Assembly: GCA_965277435.1 (NCBI GenBank)
Contig: OZ255821.1
Span: 1,784,930-1,848,929, forward strand
Direction of reading: 5' to 3'
Origin: Bryobacteraceae bacterium
GTDB taxonomy: Bacteria > Acidobacteriota > Terriglobia > Bryobacterales > Bryobacteraceae
DNA: 64,000 bases
In this document: positions 8,669 through 19,300 of the stretch, one piece after another
Numbering within the stretch: the stretch's first letter is position 1
Layout: every line of letters starts with the position of its first letter
The notes under the pieces: generated by a model
Told to the model about the DNA's origin: nothing
The model's database searches: none
What the model saw: only the letters and a program-made list of their open reading frames with translations
Translations under genes and position numbers: made by a program

Positions 8669-9291
8669 GCGGCGCTCCTGGCTCTAACGAGTTCGTGGGT
8701 CGGCTGCAAATAGGCTTGGGGATCAACTTGACCCATGGCGATTTGTGCCACGCCGTCGGCCGCGATAAAAGAGACCTCCGAGACACCCAAAAAGCCAAAA
8801 ACAGCCCGCAGGTAAGGCTCGACAAAGTTCATAACAGCAAAAGGAGTTCCTTCGCGATAGACTCCACCGCTGGCTATCAGGAACGTCGCCTTTTTGTCTC
8901 GAAGAAGCCCGACCGGACCGTCTTTGCCGTACGAGAACGTGCGTCCGGATCGCGCAATATGATCGATCCACAGCTTAAGCACCGAGGGTATACCGAAGTT
9001 GTGCATAGGAACACCGATGACGTACTCATCGGCCGTTTGCAGTTCCGAGATGAGCTCATCGGAGAGTTGCGAAAGGCGCTGCTGCTCCGCAGTCTGGTTC
9101 TCTTTCGGGGTGCGAATTGCCATAATCCAATCCGCTGTGGGGACGGGTAGATGCGATTTTGACAGGTCACGGGTCGTGACGGTTCCGTCCGGGTGAGCCT
9201 CCCGCCAGGTTTGAACAAATGTATCAGTGAGCTGGCGCGAAATCGATTTTTCGGCGAGTGGGCTCGAATCGAGGCGTAATAGTTTGGCCAT
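8665..9291 (-). CDS. azoR: FMN-dependent NADH-azoreductase
   Basis: The start at ATG 9291 (MAKLLRLDSSPLAEKSISRQL) is preceded by AGGAGA. Similarity to AzoR/flavodoxin-like-fold proteins runs the full length. Confidence 0.85.
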   Translation of the reverse strand: MAKLLRLDSSPLAEKSISRQLTDTFVQTWREAHPDGTVTTRDLSKSHLPVPTADWIMAIRTPKENQTAEQQRLSQLSDELISELQTADEYVIGVPMHNFGIPSVLKLWIDHIARSGRTFSYGKDGPVGLLRDKKATFLIASGGVYREGTPFAVMNFVEPYLRAVFGFLGVSEVSFIAADGVAQIAMGQVDPQAYLQPTHELVRARSAA

Positions 9292-9401
9292 AGTAGATTC
9301 TCCTTTAGACAACATGCTGAAAAGTACAGCACTTGGCGACTATACAACAGATGTTGCCTTCTTTGGATTTGATGCAGGTGTTACGTTGAGAAGAGTCATC
9401 T

Positions 9402-10001
9402 ATGGCTGTTGGCGATTGCGAAGTGCTCGACCCCCGGATCCGGAGGACACGGCAACTGCTTCAGCAAGCGTTAGATAAGCTATTGGAAACTCGGAGCTTC
9501 GATCAGATTTCGGTACAGGACATTGCCGAGCTGGCGACTGTGAACCGGGCAACCTTTTACGATCATTACCCGGATAAGTTTGCGTTACTCAAATCTTCCG
9601 TTGCCGGGCGGTTTCATAGTTTGCTGGCGGAACGGCAGGTGCGTTTTGACGGAACCTGTAGTTGGGCAATCGGCTCTCTGATTCGGGCAGTCTGCGATTT
9701 TCTAGCCCGGGCACAGGGCGGATGCTGTGAGCGCCAGCGGCAGTTCGATCCGTTTATGGAATCGAGCATTATCGAGTTGAGCCGGGGAATCTTGCTGGAG
9801 GGAGTGGAACGACATCCGCCGGCCAATGGAATTGCGCCCGAGTTGGTTGCGACCACGGTAGCGTGGGCCATCTATGGCGCGGCCAGGGAGTGGGTGGACA
9901 GCGTTCCGCGAATTGCGTTAGACGAACTGGTGAATACGGTACTGCGTCTGATCCTGCCGATGCTGTCGACAGTTGAGAGGTTAGAGCTTCATCACGAGTA
10001 A
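9402..10001 (+). CDS. TetR/AcrR family transcriptional regulator
   Basis: N-terminal HTH FDQISVQDIAELATVNRATFYDHYPDKFALL. It is divergent from azoR-DoxX. Confidence 0.85.
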   Translation: MAVGDCEVLDPRIRRTRQLLQQALDKLLETRSFDQISVQDIAELATVNRATFYDHYPDKFALLKSSVAGRFHSLLAERQVRFDGTCSWAIGSLIRAVCDFLARAQGGCCERQRQFDPFMESSIIELSRGILLEGVERHPPANGIAPELVATTVAWAIYGAAREWVDSVPRIALDELVNTVLRLILPMLSTVERLELHHE

Positions 10002-12557
10002 GGTCATGTCATCCTGTTGCGGTGCGCCGTTGGTGAAGAGATCGGCGTCAGCAAACAGCTTTGCCACGATGGCATCGGCGGGCCTGGTTCGCACGGTAAG
10101 CGCGGCAGCTACCATGCGCGCTTCGCCCCATTCTTCGTCGGTTGCGGTCATGGCTTCGCTGATGCCATCGGTATAGGCGATAAGAAGATCACCGGACTCG
10201 AGAGCGACTGTTTGCTCTTCATACTGAAGATTGGGAATCAGGCCGATCACCGGGCCGCCCGCCTCAAGGAGAAGGGGGCTGCAGCCTTCGCGCAGGATGA
10301 CAGGCGGATTATGGCCCGCGTTTACGTAGCTAAGTTGCTTTGGGACCGGATCGAAGATGGCAAAGAAGAAGGTGGCGTAGCGAGTAATGGTCGAACCTTC
10401 GTAAATGACGCGGTTCACATTCGCCATGAGTTTCGACAGATTGTGAACGCCCTCTTCGAGCATCATGCCGTGGATAGAAGCACGCAATCCGGCCATCACC
10501 AGGGCAGCAGAAACACCTTTGCCGGAGACATCCCCGACCGCGAGCGCAAGACGGCCATCGGCGAGTTGGATGAAGTCGAAATAGTCTCCGCCGACGGCTT
10601 GAGCGGGGCGGCAGGCGCCAGCGAGACTAATGCCGGGCAGCTGCGGGATCGACTGCGGAAACAGATGCTCCTGGACTTCGCGGGCGATTTCAATTTCGCG
10701 ATTGATACGTTCCCGCTGGGCGGCTTCACGGGCGAGCGAATGGGCGAGCTCGCTGACTTCGAGTGCCAGGCCAGTTTGCTGGGCAACCGACTGAAGAAGA
10801 CGCAGGTCGGACGGTGAATAGGGCTCGTCGGAGAGCTTAGGGCCGAGGGTCATCAGGCCAAGCAGCTTGTCGCGGCCGGGCAACGGCAGCAGAAGTTCCG
10901 CATTCACCGCATCGAGCGTGTGTCTTTCAGCTGTACCGGCCTGGGCAAACCAGCTCTCCGGATCTTCGCGATAGAGCGTGGTGGGGCGTTGGTCACGAGT
11001 CAGCGTCTCAACGGCTTTAGAAGATTCATCGAGAAGAAGCGGAGTAGCGAAATCGATGCCGACAGCCTGCTGCAGACGAAACACCTGGCTGCCGCGCAGG
11101 AGAACAGAGATCTGCGGCACGTGCAGGACTTCCGAGATGCGGCGGCATACGGTGGAGAGGAGAGAATCGCTTTCGGTGAGAGTGCGGGCCTGCTCGGAGA
11201 GCTCGCTGAGCACGAGTTCAGAGTGGTAGGCTTCACGAAAAAATTTGCGATCGAGCCAGAACTGCAGCCGGCGGCCGAGACCAAAGTGAGCGAGCGCGAC
11301 GAAAACGGCGGCCAGTGCGAGCGGGATGATGACGTCGTGCAGCTGGATCGATTGGCGCGAGAGCAGAGGAGCGGTGAGTTGCCAGAGAACGATCACCAAA
11401 ACGATGAGCTGAAAGATCCGAAGAGAGAGGCGCGCCAGAACATATTTGGTCCCCATGCGGAGCAGGATGCGGAGATCGAGCGCTCGCTGCACGACGACCA
11501 CATAGGCGAGGGAGAAAGGAAAAAAGAGGGTGAAAATCGCTCCGATGCTAAACAGCCAGGCAGCTACCGGCCGCGGGATCGCAATGTGCAGCGTTTGCGG
11601 GAGGACAAAGACGAGGAGCAGTGCGCCGATCCCAATCACGGAGCCTCCGCAGAGAACCTGTAGTCTGCGGCGGACATCCGAAGTCGATGCCGAACGGAGC
11701 TTGTCGAAGATGGCGACCCAGTAGAGGAGTACGCATCCTAGCGCCAGCCAACCGCCTACTTTGTCGACGAGCAAAAGGTGGGTTTGAATTTGAAGGCCCA
11801 GGGACGGGTAATAGAGTTCGCCGAATCTGACCGCCAATGAGAGCACCAGGCCGGCCAATTGCGGGGCGATCAGAACCCATTTGAGCCAGGGCCAGCGACG
11901 ATCGAGACGCCAGCGTTCGGGGAAATAAATCCCGATGAGAAGGACCAGGACACCGGAGGTGTTTTGTAGAATTTGGAACCAAACCTCCTGGAAGACTCGC
12001 AAGCCGCCTGTCCACCAGTCAGGCCTTCCAAAGAGCGCTTCGGGAAGGCTCAAAAGCAGGAGAATCAGCCAGGCATTGCGCTCGGCCGGTTTGGCTACAA
12101 TCACCCAGTAACCCACCAGCAGGCAAACCAAAGGGCAGACAAACTGTAATGCGAGATGGTTGATCCACTCGAGCGTGGACCAGGGAGGACGGTGCGAGGT
12201 CCGAAGGCGGATCACTGCCGTCCGGCGATGGCCATTCGCATCATGTACGCCGATGCGGAGAATCTGGCCGGCGTGAGCTTTACGGTCAATCGAAATCCAC
12301 TGCGCTTCGCCACGATAAGGTTGGCCATCAATCGACTCGATCACAGCCCCTTCCTTCAAACCGGCGGCGCGCGCTTCTTCGCTGACGCGGGTTACGGTTA
12401 GCGTGTCGTAGTTCATTTCGAACGGATCTTGGGTATGTTGATCGGCGTGTGCAAAACGGTCGTATAGCGCGACGACATTCGCGCCGAAATAGGTGATGCT
12501 GGCGGTGAAGTAGAGAGCGATCAATAGCCAGAGAATTGGGGACGGGCGGGAGCGCAT
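9981..12557 (-). CDS. membrane-bound PDZ / multi-TM sensor / GAF / PP2C (SpoIIE-family) protein serine phosphatase, paralog 1
   Basis: C-terminal PP2C motifs VGGDYFDF, VGDVSGKGVSAALVMA, YVNAGHNPP, AYTDGISEA and QQDDMTLLV. It has a PDZ-like segment near the N-terminus and the shared motif YFPERWRLDRRWPWLKW. Confidence 0.85.
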   Translation of the reverse strand: MRSRPSPILWLLIALYFTASITYFGANVVALYDRFAHADQHTQDPFEMNYDTLTVTRVSEEARAAGLKEGAVIESIDGQPYRGEAQWISIDRKAHAGQILRIGVHDANGHRRTAVIRLRTSHRPPWSTLEWINHLALQFVCPLVCLLVGYWVIVAKPAERNAWLILLLLSLPEALFGRPDWWTGGLRVFQEVWFQILQNTSGVLVLLIGIYFPERWRLDRRWPWLKWVLIAPQLAGLVLSLAVRFGELYYPSLGLQIQTHLLLVDKVGGWLALGCVLLYWVAIFDKLRSASTSDVRRRLQVLCGGSVIGIGALLLVFVLPQTLHIAIPRPVAAWLFSIGAIFTLFFPFSLAYVVVVQRALDLRILLRMGTKYVLARLSLRIFQLIVLVIVLWQLTAPLLSRQSIQLHDVIIPLALAAVFVALAHFGLGRRLQFWLDRKFFREAYHSELVLSELSEQARTLTESDSLLSTVCRRISEVLHVPQISVLLRGSQVFRLQQAVGIDFATPLLLDESSKAVETLTRDQRPTTLYREDPESWFAQAGTAERHTLDAVNAELLLPLPGRDKLLGLMTLGPKLSDEPYSPSDLRLLQSVAQQTGLALEVSELAHSLAREAAQRERINREIEIAREVQEHLFPQSIPQLPGISLAGACRPAQAVGGDYFDFIQLADGRLALAVGDVSGKGVSAALVMAGLRASIHGMMLEEGVHNLSKLMANVNRVIYEGSTITRYATFFFAIFDPVPKQLSYVNAGHNPPVILREGCSPLLLEAGGPVIGLIPNLQYEEQTVALESGDLLIAYTDGISEAMTATDEEWGEARMVAAALTVRTRPADAIVAKLFADADLFTNGAPQQDDMTLLVMKL

Positions 12558-12621
12558 GGGTACGCAAACATGTTACTGGGAAATCAGGCGGTTCCGAAAA
12601 GTGAATGGGGATAATGCAGGA

Positions 12622-13143
12622 ATGAAGCTGCTGCTGTGTTCGATGACCACCTTACTGCTGGCCGGTGTCGCGGCTGGTCAGGATGTGCCGAAAGTGGCGA
12701 GCCGGCCCGAGATGGCGGCTACGGTTTCGGTACATGTTCACGTAGGCGACCGCCCGGACGTTGAAATTACCGAGAAGGATCTGGCGAAGATGGCGCGCCA
12801 TGAAGTAAAGGCGCAGGAGCATGGCAATACGGTGGAGTATGAAGGCGTGCTCCTGCACGATGTGCTGGCGAGTTTGGGCGTTCCGTTTGGTCCTGCGTTA
12901 CGTGGAAAGGCGCTATCGACTTACGTGCTGGCTACGGGACGCGACGGATACGCGGTGGTTTACACGTTGACCGAAATGGATACAGCGTTCAGCGAAGGTG
13001 ATTTACTGTTGGCCGATCAGAGCGGCGGAAAACCGCTGGCCGAGAAAGATGGGCCGCTACGCATTGTGGCGCCGCACGATAAGAAACCAGCCCGATCCCT
13101 GCGGATGCTCGACCGGATCGACGTGGTGCAGTTGCGAAAATAG
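12622..13143 (+). CDS. small periplasmic protein with a sulfite-oxidase-fold (molybdopterin-binding oxidoreductase-like) domain
   Basis: The start at ATG 12622 gives the signal peptide MKLLLCSMTTLLLAGVAAG. The pattern EGVLLHDVL...GRDGYAVVYTLTEMD...GKPL...GPLRIVAP...ARSLRMLDRIDV matches the SUOX-family fold. Confidence 0.55.
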   Translation: MKLLLCSMTTLLLAGVAAGQDVPKVASRPEMAATVSVHVHVGDRPDVEITEKDLAKMARHEVKAQEHGNTVEYEGVLLHDVLASLGVPFGPALRGKALSTYVLATGRDGYAVVYTLTEMDTAFSEGDLLLADQSGGKPLAEKDGPLRIVAPHDKKPARSLRMLDRIDVVQLRK

Positions 13144-13161
13144 CCGAAGGAGATTGCGCGG

Positions 13162-15639
13162 ATGAACTGGCTGGAGGATTTCCGAAAAGATCTGAAGTAT
13201 GCAGTAAGAAGTTTGGGCGCAAACCCGCTGTTTGCGATCGTGGCCGTGTTGACGCTGGCGCTGGGCATCGGAGCGAATGCCGCCATCTTCAGCGTGATCA
13301 ATGCGGTAGTGCTGCGGACGTTGCCGGTGCGCGATCCACAGCAGCTTTACTATCTGCGCTCTGATGGAGAGCCCAACGGAGCCAGTAACACGGGCAGCTC
13401 CGATTCTTCGTTTAGTGAGTCCGTATTCGAGCGGATGCGTGCCGATAAGCGGGTGTTCTCGGACGTGATGGCTTATGTGCCGCTAGGCCTTAACAAAATA
13501 GCCGTGCGTGCGGGCAATCTGCCGGAGGAAGCCTCGGCTCAAATGGTGAGTGGTAATTTCTTCAGCGGGTTGGGCGTGCGCTCGCGCTGCGGGCGGCTGC
13601 TCACGGCGGCTGATGAGCGCGATCACACACCCGTCGCCGTGCTGAATTACGGGTATTGGAGCCGGCGTTTTGCGGGCAATTGCGACGCGATCGGCCAAAC
13701 GATGTCGATCAATGGAGTGGCGTTGACGATCGTGGGTGTGGCGGGTTCACGGTTTGAAGGCCTCGGCGGCGATGCGACCGATTTGTGGATTCCGCTGCAA
13801 ACCCGGCCGCAGTTGAATGCCTGGGGCATGCAGGGTGAACAGTTCTATGCGACGCCCAATTGGTGGTGCCTGCTGCTGACGGCGCGGCTCGCCCCCGGTG
13901 TAAACAAGGCGCAAGCGGAAGCGGCTGCCAATCCGGTTTTTCAACGGGCCGCCTATGAGCATCTGGGCGGGAAGCCGATGCGCGGGGAGAAGCCGACCCG
14001 TTTGCATCTGCTCGAAGCGCGCGGATTAGGCGGCTATAAAGAAGCTTACGAAAAGCCGCTGACGCTGCTGCTGATCATGGTCGGGGTGATTCTGGTCATC
14101 GCGTGCGGCAATGTGTCGTTGCTGCTGGCGGCGCGGAACACGGCCCGGCGGCGGGAGTTCAGCGTACGCCTGGCGTTGGGCGGCAGCCGGGGACGGCTGT
14201 TTCGCCAATTGCTGGTTGAGAGCCTCCTGCTGGTGTCGGTGGGAGCGGCGCTTGGCTGGCTGTTTGCCGTTGCAGCAACGCAGGTGCTGGCGAAATGGTC
14301 CGAAATAGAGGCTGATCTTACGCCCGATTGGCGGGTCCTGGCGTTCACGCTGGCGATTTCGCTGGTAGCCGGGACAATTTCAGGTTTGATGCCGATGCTG
14401 GGTGCGGTGAAAGTGTCAATAGCGGAGACTTTGAAGACGACAGCGTCGACGGCTTTTCGCGATCAAGCGAAACGACGCGTGGGGCAATTCACGACCGCGC
14501 TGCAGGTGGCGTTATGCCTGGTGTTGCTGGTGGGCGCCGCGTTGCTGGTCCGCACTTTGCAGAACTTGAAGGACGTGGATCTTGGCTTCCGTTCCGAAAG
14601 CTTGCTGGTGTTCGGAGTAAGTCCGCATTTACAGGCGAACGCACACGATAAGGCCACCGGCTTTTATCGCGGGTTGATCGACAAACTGCGCTCTCTGCCG
14701 CAAGTGGAAGCTGTGACGCTCATGCAGAATCGTCTGGGGTCGCAGTGGAGCAACAATGGAGGAACAGTTCTCGATGGAAAAGATCCGCAGCCTGGCCAGC
14801 AATCGCTGATGCGTTGGAATGCGGTTGGTCCAAATTATTTTGGGACGCTTCACATCCGGCTTATCGAAGGCCGTGATTTCAACGACGGCGACACGCAGAA
14901 CTCGGCCAAAGCGGCGGTTGTCAACCGCACGTTTGTAGATCGTTACCTTAAAGGGCGGAGCGCGCTCGGGCATACCGTGTCGTTTACAAGCAGGCTGTCG
15001 TTCGCGATTGTGGGCGTGGCCGCCGACAGTAAATACACGAGCGTGCAAGAACAAGGGCAACCGATGGCTTACTTCCCGTATACGCAAATCTCGGATCTCG
15101 GCACGATGCATGTGGAGGTGCGCGCGCAGGGTAACCCGAAACTGCTGCTTCCAGAGATCCAGCGGGTATTGGCAAGCTTTGCGCCGGACCTGGCGATGTT
15201 GCAGCCCATGACACAGCGGGAACAGTTCGACGAATCGATCACCGCAGAGGCGCTGATCGCCCGTTTGTCGGCCTGTTTTGGACTGCTGGCCGTCACGCTG
15301 GTGGCGACGGGTCTTTATGGAACGATTGCTTATAACGTAAACCGGCGAACTTCGGAACTGGGGATCCGTCTGGCGCTGGGGGCGAGCCGTGGCCGGGTGC
15401 TTTGGATGATCCTGCGCGAAGGATTGCAGATTTGCGGTGTAGGGTTATTGATCGGATTGCCGCTGGCGTTTGCGGCGGCGCGACTGCTTCGTTCCCTGCT
15501 GTATGGATTGACGCCGTATGACCCGGGATCGATGGGCGCAGCGATTGTCGGCATTCTCGTGGTGACCATGGCAGCTTGTCTGATTCCGGCCAGGCGCGCT
15601 GCTTCGATCGACCCGGCAATCGCGCTGCGTAACGAATAA
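13162..15639 (+). CDS. ADOP family duplicated orphan permease (MacB/FtsX-like, two permease halves)
   Basis: The N-terminus MNWLEDFRKDLKYAVRSLGANPLFAIVAVLTLALGIGANAAIFSV is characteristic of the acidobacterial duplicated orphan permease family. It carries two MacB-periplasmic/FtsX modules. Confidence 0.85.
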   Translation: MNWLEDFRKDLKYAVRSLGANPLFAIVAVLTLALGIGANAAIFSVINAVVLRTLPVRDPQQLYYLRSDGEPNGASNTGSSDSSFSESVFERMRADKRVFSDVMAYVPLGLNKIAVRAGNLPEEASAQMVSGNFFSGLGVRSRCGRLLTAADERDHTPVAVLNYGYWSRRFAGNCDAIGQTMSINGVALTIVGVAGSRFEGLGGDATDLWIPLQTRPQLNAWGMQGEQFYATPNWWCLLLTARLAPGVNKAQAEAAANPVFQRAAYEHLGGKPMRGEKPTRLHLLEARGLGGYKEAYEKPLTLLLIMVGVILVIACGNVSLLLAARNTARRREFSVRLALGGSRGRLFRQLLVESLLLVSVGAALGWLFAVAATQVLAKWSEIEADLTPDWRVLAFTLAISLVAGTISGLMPMLGAVKVSIAETLKTTASTAFRDQAKRRVGQFTTALQVALCLVLLVGAALLVRTLQNLKDVDLGFRSESLLVFGVSPHLQANAHDKATGFYRGLIDKLRSLPQVEAVTLMQNRLGSQWSNNGGTVLDGKDPQPGQQSLMRWNAVGPNYFGTLHIRLIEGRDFNDGDTQNSAKAAVVNRTFVDRYLKGRSALGHTVSFTSRLSFAIVGVAADSKYTSVQEQGQPMAYFPYTQISDLGTMHVEVRAQGNPKLLLPEIQRVLASFAPDLAMLQPMTQREQFDESITAEALIARLSACFGLLAVTLVATGLYGTIAYNVNRRTSELGIRLALGASRGRVLWMILREGLQICGVGLLIGLPLAFAAARLLRSLLYGLTPYDPGSMGAAIVGILVVTMAACLIPARRAASIDPAIALRNE

Positions 15640-15734
15640 GCGTCCCACTAGTGGAGTGTCGCGATGAAAACGTTACCACGCGATGCAACTCCGGTCGCTC
15701 CGCTCGCGGCTCTGAAGCAGCGTATTCTTCGGAG

Positions 15735-16120
15735 CCATGAGCCACGTCAGTGGCTCTCCAACCGGAAGCACGGAAACCATGAGCCACGTCAGTGGCTCTC
15801 CAACCGGAAGCACGGAAACCATGAGCCACGTCAGTGGCTCTCCAACCGGAAGCACGGAAACCATGAGCCACGTCAGTGGCTCTCCAACCGGAAGCACGGA
15901 AACCATGAGCCACGTCAGTGGCTCTCCAACCGGAAGCACGGAAACCATGAGCCACGTCAGTGGCTCTCCAACCGGAAGCACGGAAACAATGAGCCACGTC
16001 AGTGGCTCTCCAACCGGAAGCACGGAAACCATGAGCCACGTCAGTGGCTCTCCAACCGGAAGCACGGAAACAATGAGCCACGTCAGTGGCTCTCCAACCG
16101 GAAGCACGGAAACAATGAGC
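15735..16120. repeat. tandem array: 9 full copies plus an 8-nt partial copy of the 42-bp unit CCATGAGCCACGTCAGTGGCTCTCCAACCGGAAGCACGGAAA
   Basis: Read directly from the sequence. Each unit contains the perfect inverted repeat GAGCCAC-GTCA-GTGGCTC. The only polymorphism is C/A at unit position 2 (A in units 7 and 9 and in the partial copy). Confidence 0.95.
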
Positions 16121-16311
16121 GAAGCGATTGGAGTTCTTTACCTCAATATCAAACGAAATGGTTGTGACACCCCACTCGATACATCCTTGCCTCCCCTCAG
16201 TAGGGGTAATCCTACCTGTTTTTGTCTGTAGACTTTCTGCCTCGCAGCCGATAGCTGAACTGTACGGCGTCAGGTGTCTTCTCGCCTGGCGTTGACGACA
16301 CAAAAGCCGCG

Positions 16312-19300
16312 ATGCAAATTCAAGACAACAAGACAAACGAGCGTGACGGGAAGCCGCTGAGTTTTGCTCCTCGCTTAGGATCTTTACAAAGATCGCCAGA
16401 CGCCGAGTGGGTTCTACCCGAGCCGGAGTGGAGATCTTGCACCAGGTCACTCTCTCGCCGGACTGCAGCCGCTATCGAAGCCCGCTGCCGTGAAACAGGT
16501 GTGTCCCTGGAATGTTTGCTGGCTGCTGCCTGGAGTCAGATTCTTGCTTGCTACCCGACCGCTGAAGCCGCTCCACAGATGTGGGTTTATCAGCGGAACG
16601 AGTTCGCTAAGCCCTGGTGCGCCGTCAAGGTTCCCGCGGAATGCGACGCTACCGTTTCCGGCTTCCTGCAAGCCGTATCAACGTCGCTGCGAAACGAAGC
16701 CAGACGAGAAACGCCGGAATGGCCAGAGCGGAACGCGGAAAAGATTGCCCGCGACAGGCTGGATTGTGCTTTCCATGTCGTTCTGAGCGGTGAAGCCTCA
16801 GCGGAAATAATTTCAGAAGCCATTAGAGCGCAAACTGCCGTATTGCTCTCGTTGTCAATGAACCACAAGGCAAGTCTCTCGCTTTCGTACCATGCTCAAT
16901 ACTTCAGCGCTGAATTCGCCGGAATCCTAATCGATTGCCTTTTGCACTTGCTGTCACAGATGGTGACGCCAGGTTGTTCGCTTGTTTCGGAATTGACTTT
17001 CTTACCCGCTTCTACGTCGGTTATCGCGAGAGAACGACGCCCGAGCGCGTTTGTTCAGGATGTCTTTGAGTCTCGCGTGGCGTGCGATCCGGCTAAGGTG
17101 GCCGCGAGCTTCCGGAACCAGGAAATCAGCTACCGGGAATTGAATGAGCGTGCGAACCAGCTGGCTCGATACTTGCGAACTCTCGGGTGTGGCCCTGACG
17201 TAATTGTGGCCATTCATCTGGCGAGATCGATCGATCTTTTGATCGCAATGTTGGGTGTCGTTAAAGCGGGCGGGGCTTTCCTGCCGCTGGATGCCTCCCT
17301 TCCTCCGGGCAGGATTGATGCGGTGATGGAGGACTCGGGCGCGCCTCTCGTGATTACGTCTAGCAAACTGACGCATCGCTTTGCGGAGTCAACGGCTCAT
17401 CGCGTGACGATAGATTCGCTGGACGCTATCTGGCGAAACGAAGCCACCGGTTCGCTCGATTCGGTTACGTCCGACCATGATCTCGCTTACGTGATTTACA
17501 CGTCCGGTTCGACCGGCACGCCTAAGGGCGTGATGATTGAGCATCGCAACCTGGCGGTTTTCTTAGATGCGCTGGATCCGGTTTTCGGGCCAGAGCCCGG
17601 GGTCATGCTGGCCATTGCCAGTTCCTCGTTCGATATCAGCATTATGGAACTGCTTTGGAGTTTGTCTCGCGGGTTCCACATCGTCTTGCACGAAGGAGAC
17701 GAAGGGCTGCCCATCGTTTCCGGACCAGGCTCAGTGCCTGAACAAATCCGGCGACACGGGGTGACTCATATGATGGGCACTCCCACTTTGATGCGTATGC
17801 TGGCGAGCGATCCTGATGGGGCAGCGGCCTTCGGACAACTGCGAGTTTGCCTGGTGGGCGGAGAGGCGTTTCCCGAGAGCCTGGCTGCGCTGTTGCTCGA
17901 TTGCATGCCGGGGAAGATCGTAAATGCGTATGGGCCCACTGAAACTACGGTCTGTGCGACCTGTTATGAGGTGACCAGCACCGGTGAAGCCATCCCGATC
18001 GGTCGTCCGCTCAAGGACGTCACAGTGTACGTTGTGGATAAGTGGGGTCGACAGCTGCCGCCGTTGGCGTCCGGTGAGCTTTGGATCGGCGGACCGATGG
18101 TGGGCCGGGGATATCTGCACCGGCCGGAACTGACCGCCGAACGATTCCTGGATGATCCCTTTGACAAAGAAGGCCGGATCTATCGCACAGGCGATCTCGT
18201 TCGCTTTGATCTTTACGGACGCCTGGAGTTTATCGACCGGCTGGACTCGCAGGTGAAGGTCAGAGGTTATCGGATCGAACTCGGCGAGGTGGAAGCGGCG
18301 TTACAGAGACATCCGGCCGTGCAACAGGCTGTGGTGGTTGTTCGTTCGGAGGGGAATGGGGCGAAGAGCCTTGTCGGATATTGCACGCCTTCCAATGTGC
18401 GGGCCCTCGACTCGCACAAGCTTCGCGGCTTCCTGCAGGAAAGTTTGCCGGGCTACATGGTGCCCTCAGCGCTGCACTGTCTGCGCGAATTCCCGGTGAC
18501 GTCGAGCGGGAAAGTCGATCGAGTCCGGCTCGCGCAACTTGATCTGTCATCACAAGAGAAGGGTCAGATGGAGAACGCCGCTGGTGTGACTCCCATTGAT
18601 CCGGCGCTGCAAAAGATCGAAGCGGTTCTGTGCGCCTGGTGCCGCGAACTTCTGCGTCTGCCGCAGGTACAGGCATCGGACGATTATTTTGCGATCGGTG
18701 GAGAGTCTTTGAGCGCAGCGCGGCTCATGAGGAAGATCGCCGAGACGTATGGCGCGAATATCCGCCTGAGCGAGTTGGTGCAGCGTCGCACGATGCGCGC
18801 CTTGGCGCAGTTAGTAGCGGTAGCGAATCAGGATTTGGCGTGGTCGCCGGTGGTGCCGTTCCAGACAGATGGAGAGAAGCCAACGTTGTTCCTGATTGCT
18901 GGACTGGGCGGTAACATTCTCAACTTCCAATTCGTCGCCGAAGCCCTGGAGAACAGACCCGTTTATGGAGTGGAGGCGCAGGCGTCAGGCAAAGATTCGG
19001 AAGTACTGGCGAGCGTGGAAGAGATGGCGCGCACATATCTGGAAGAAATCCGGCGTATCCAGCCCCACGGCCCCTACCATTTTGCCGGCTATTCGTTCGG
19101 CGGCGTGCTGGCTTTCGAGATGGCGCAGCAGCTTCGATCAGCCGGGCAGGAAATCGGATTTCTTGGACTGCTGGACACTTGCGAATGGCACTATACCCGG
19201 TCCGTGTTGGGGAATTTGAGTCCGCTCGAACGATTTCAGATCCAGTATGGCAACACGCTGAAACAAATCGTTTTCGGGCCGAAGCGCCGGGCCACCCTCA

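Noticed and set aside
15735-16120. CRISPR array interpretation of the 42-bp repeats
   Set aside because: The units are directly abutting with no unique spacers, and no cas genes are present in the window.
15293-16450. A 385-aa minus-strand ORF, and the 144-, 164- and 167-aa ORFs running through the 42-bp array
   Set aside because: They are open only because the repeat unit lacks stops in four of six frames. The 385-aa ORF also overlaps the 3' end of the permease gene and the 5' end of the NRPS gene. Only the plus-frame (MSHVSGSPTGSTET)n reading is kept, as a low-probability hypothesis in the findings.
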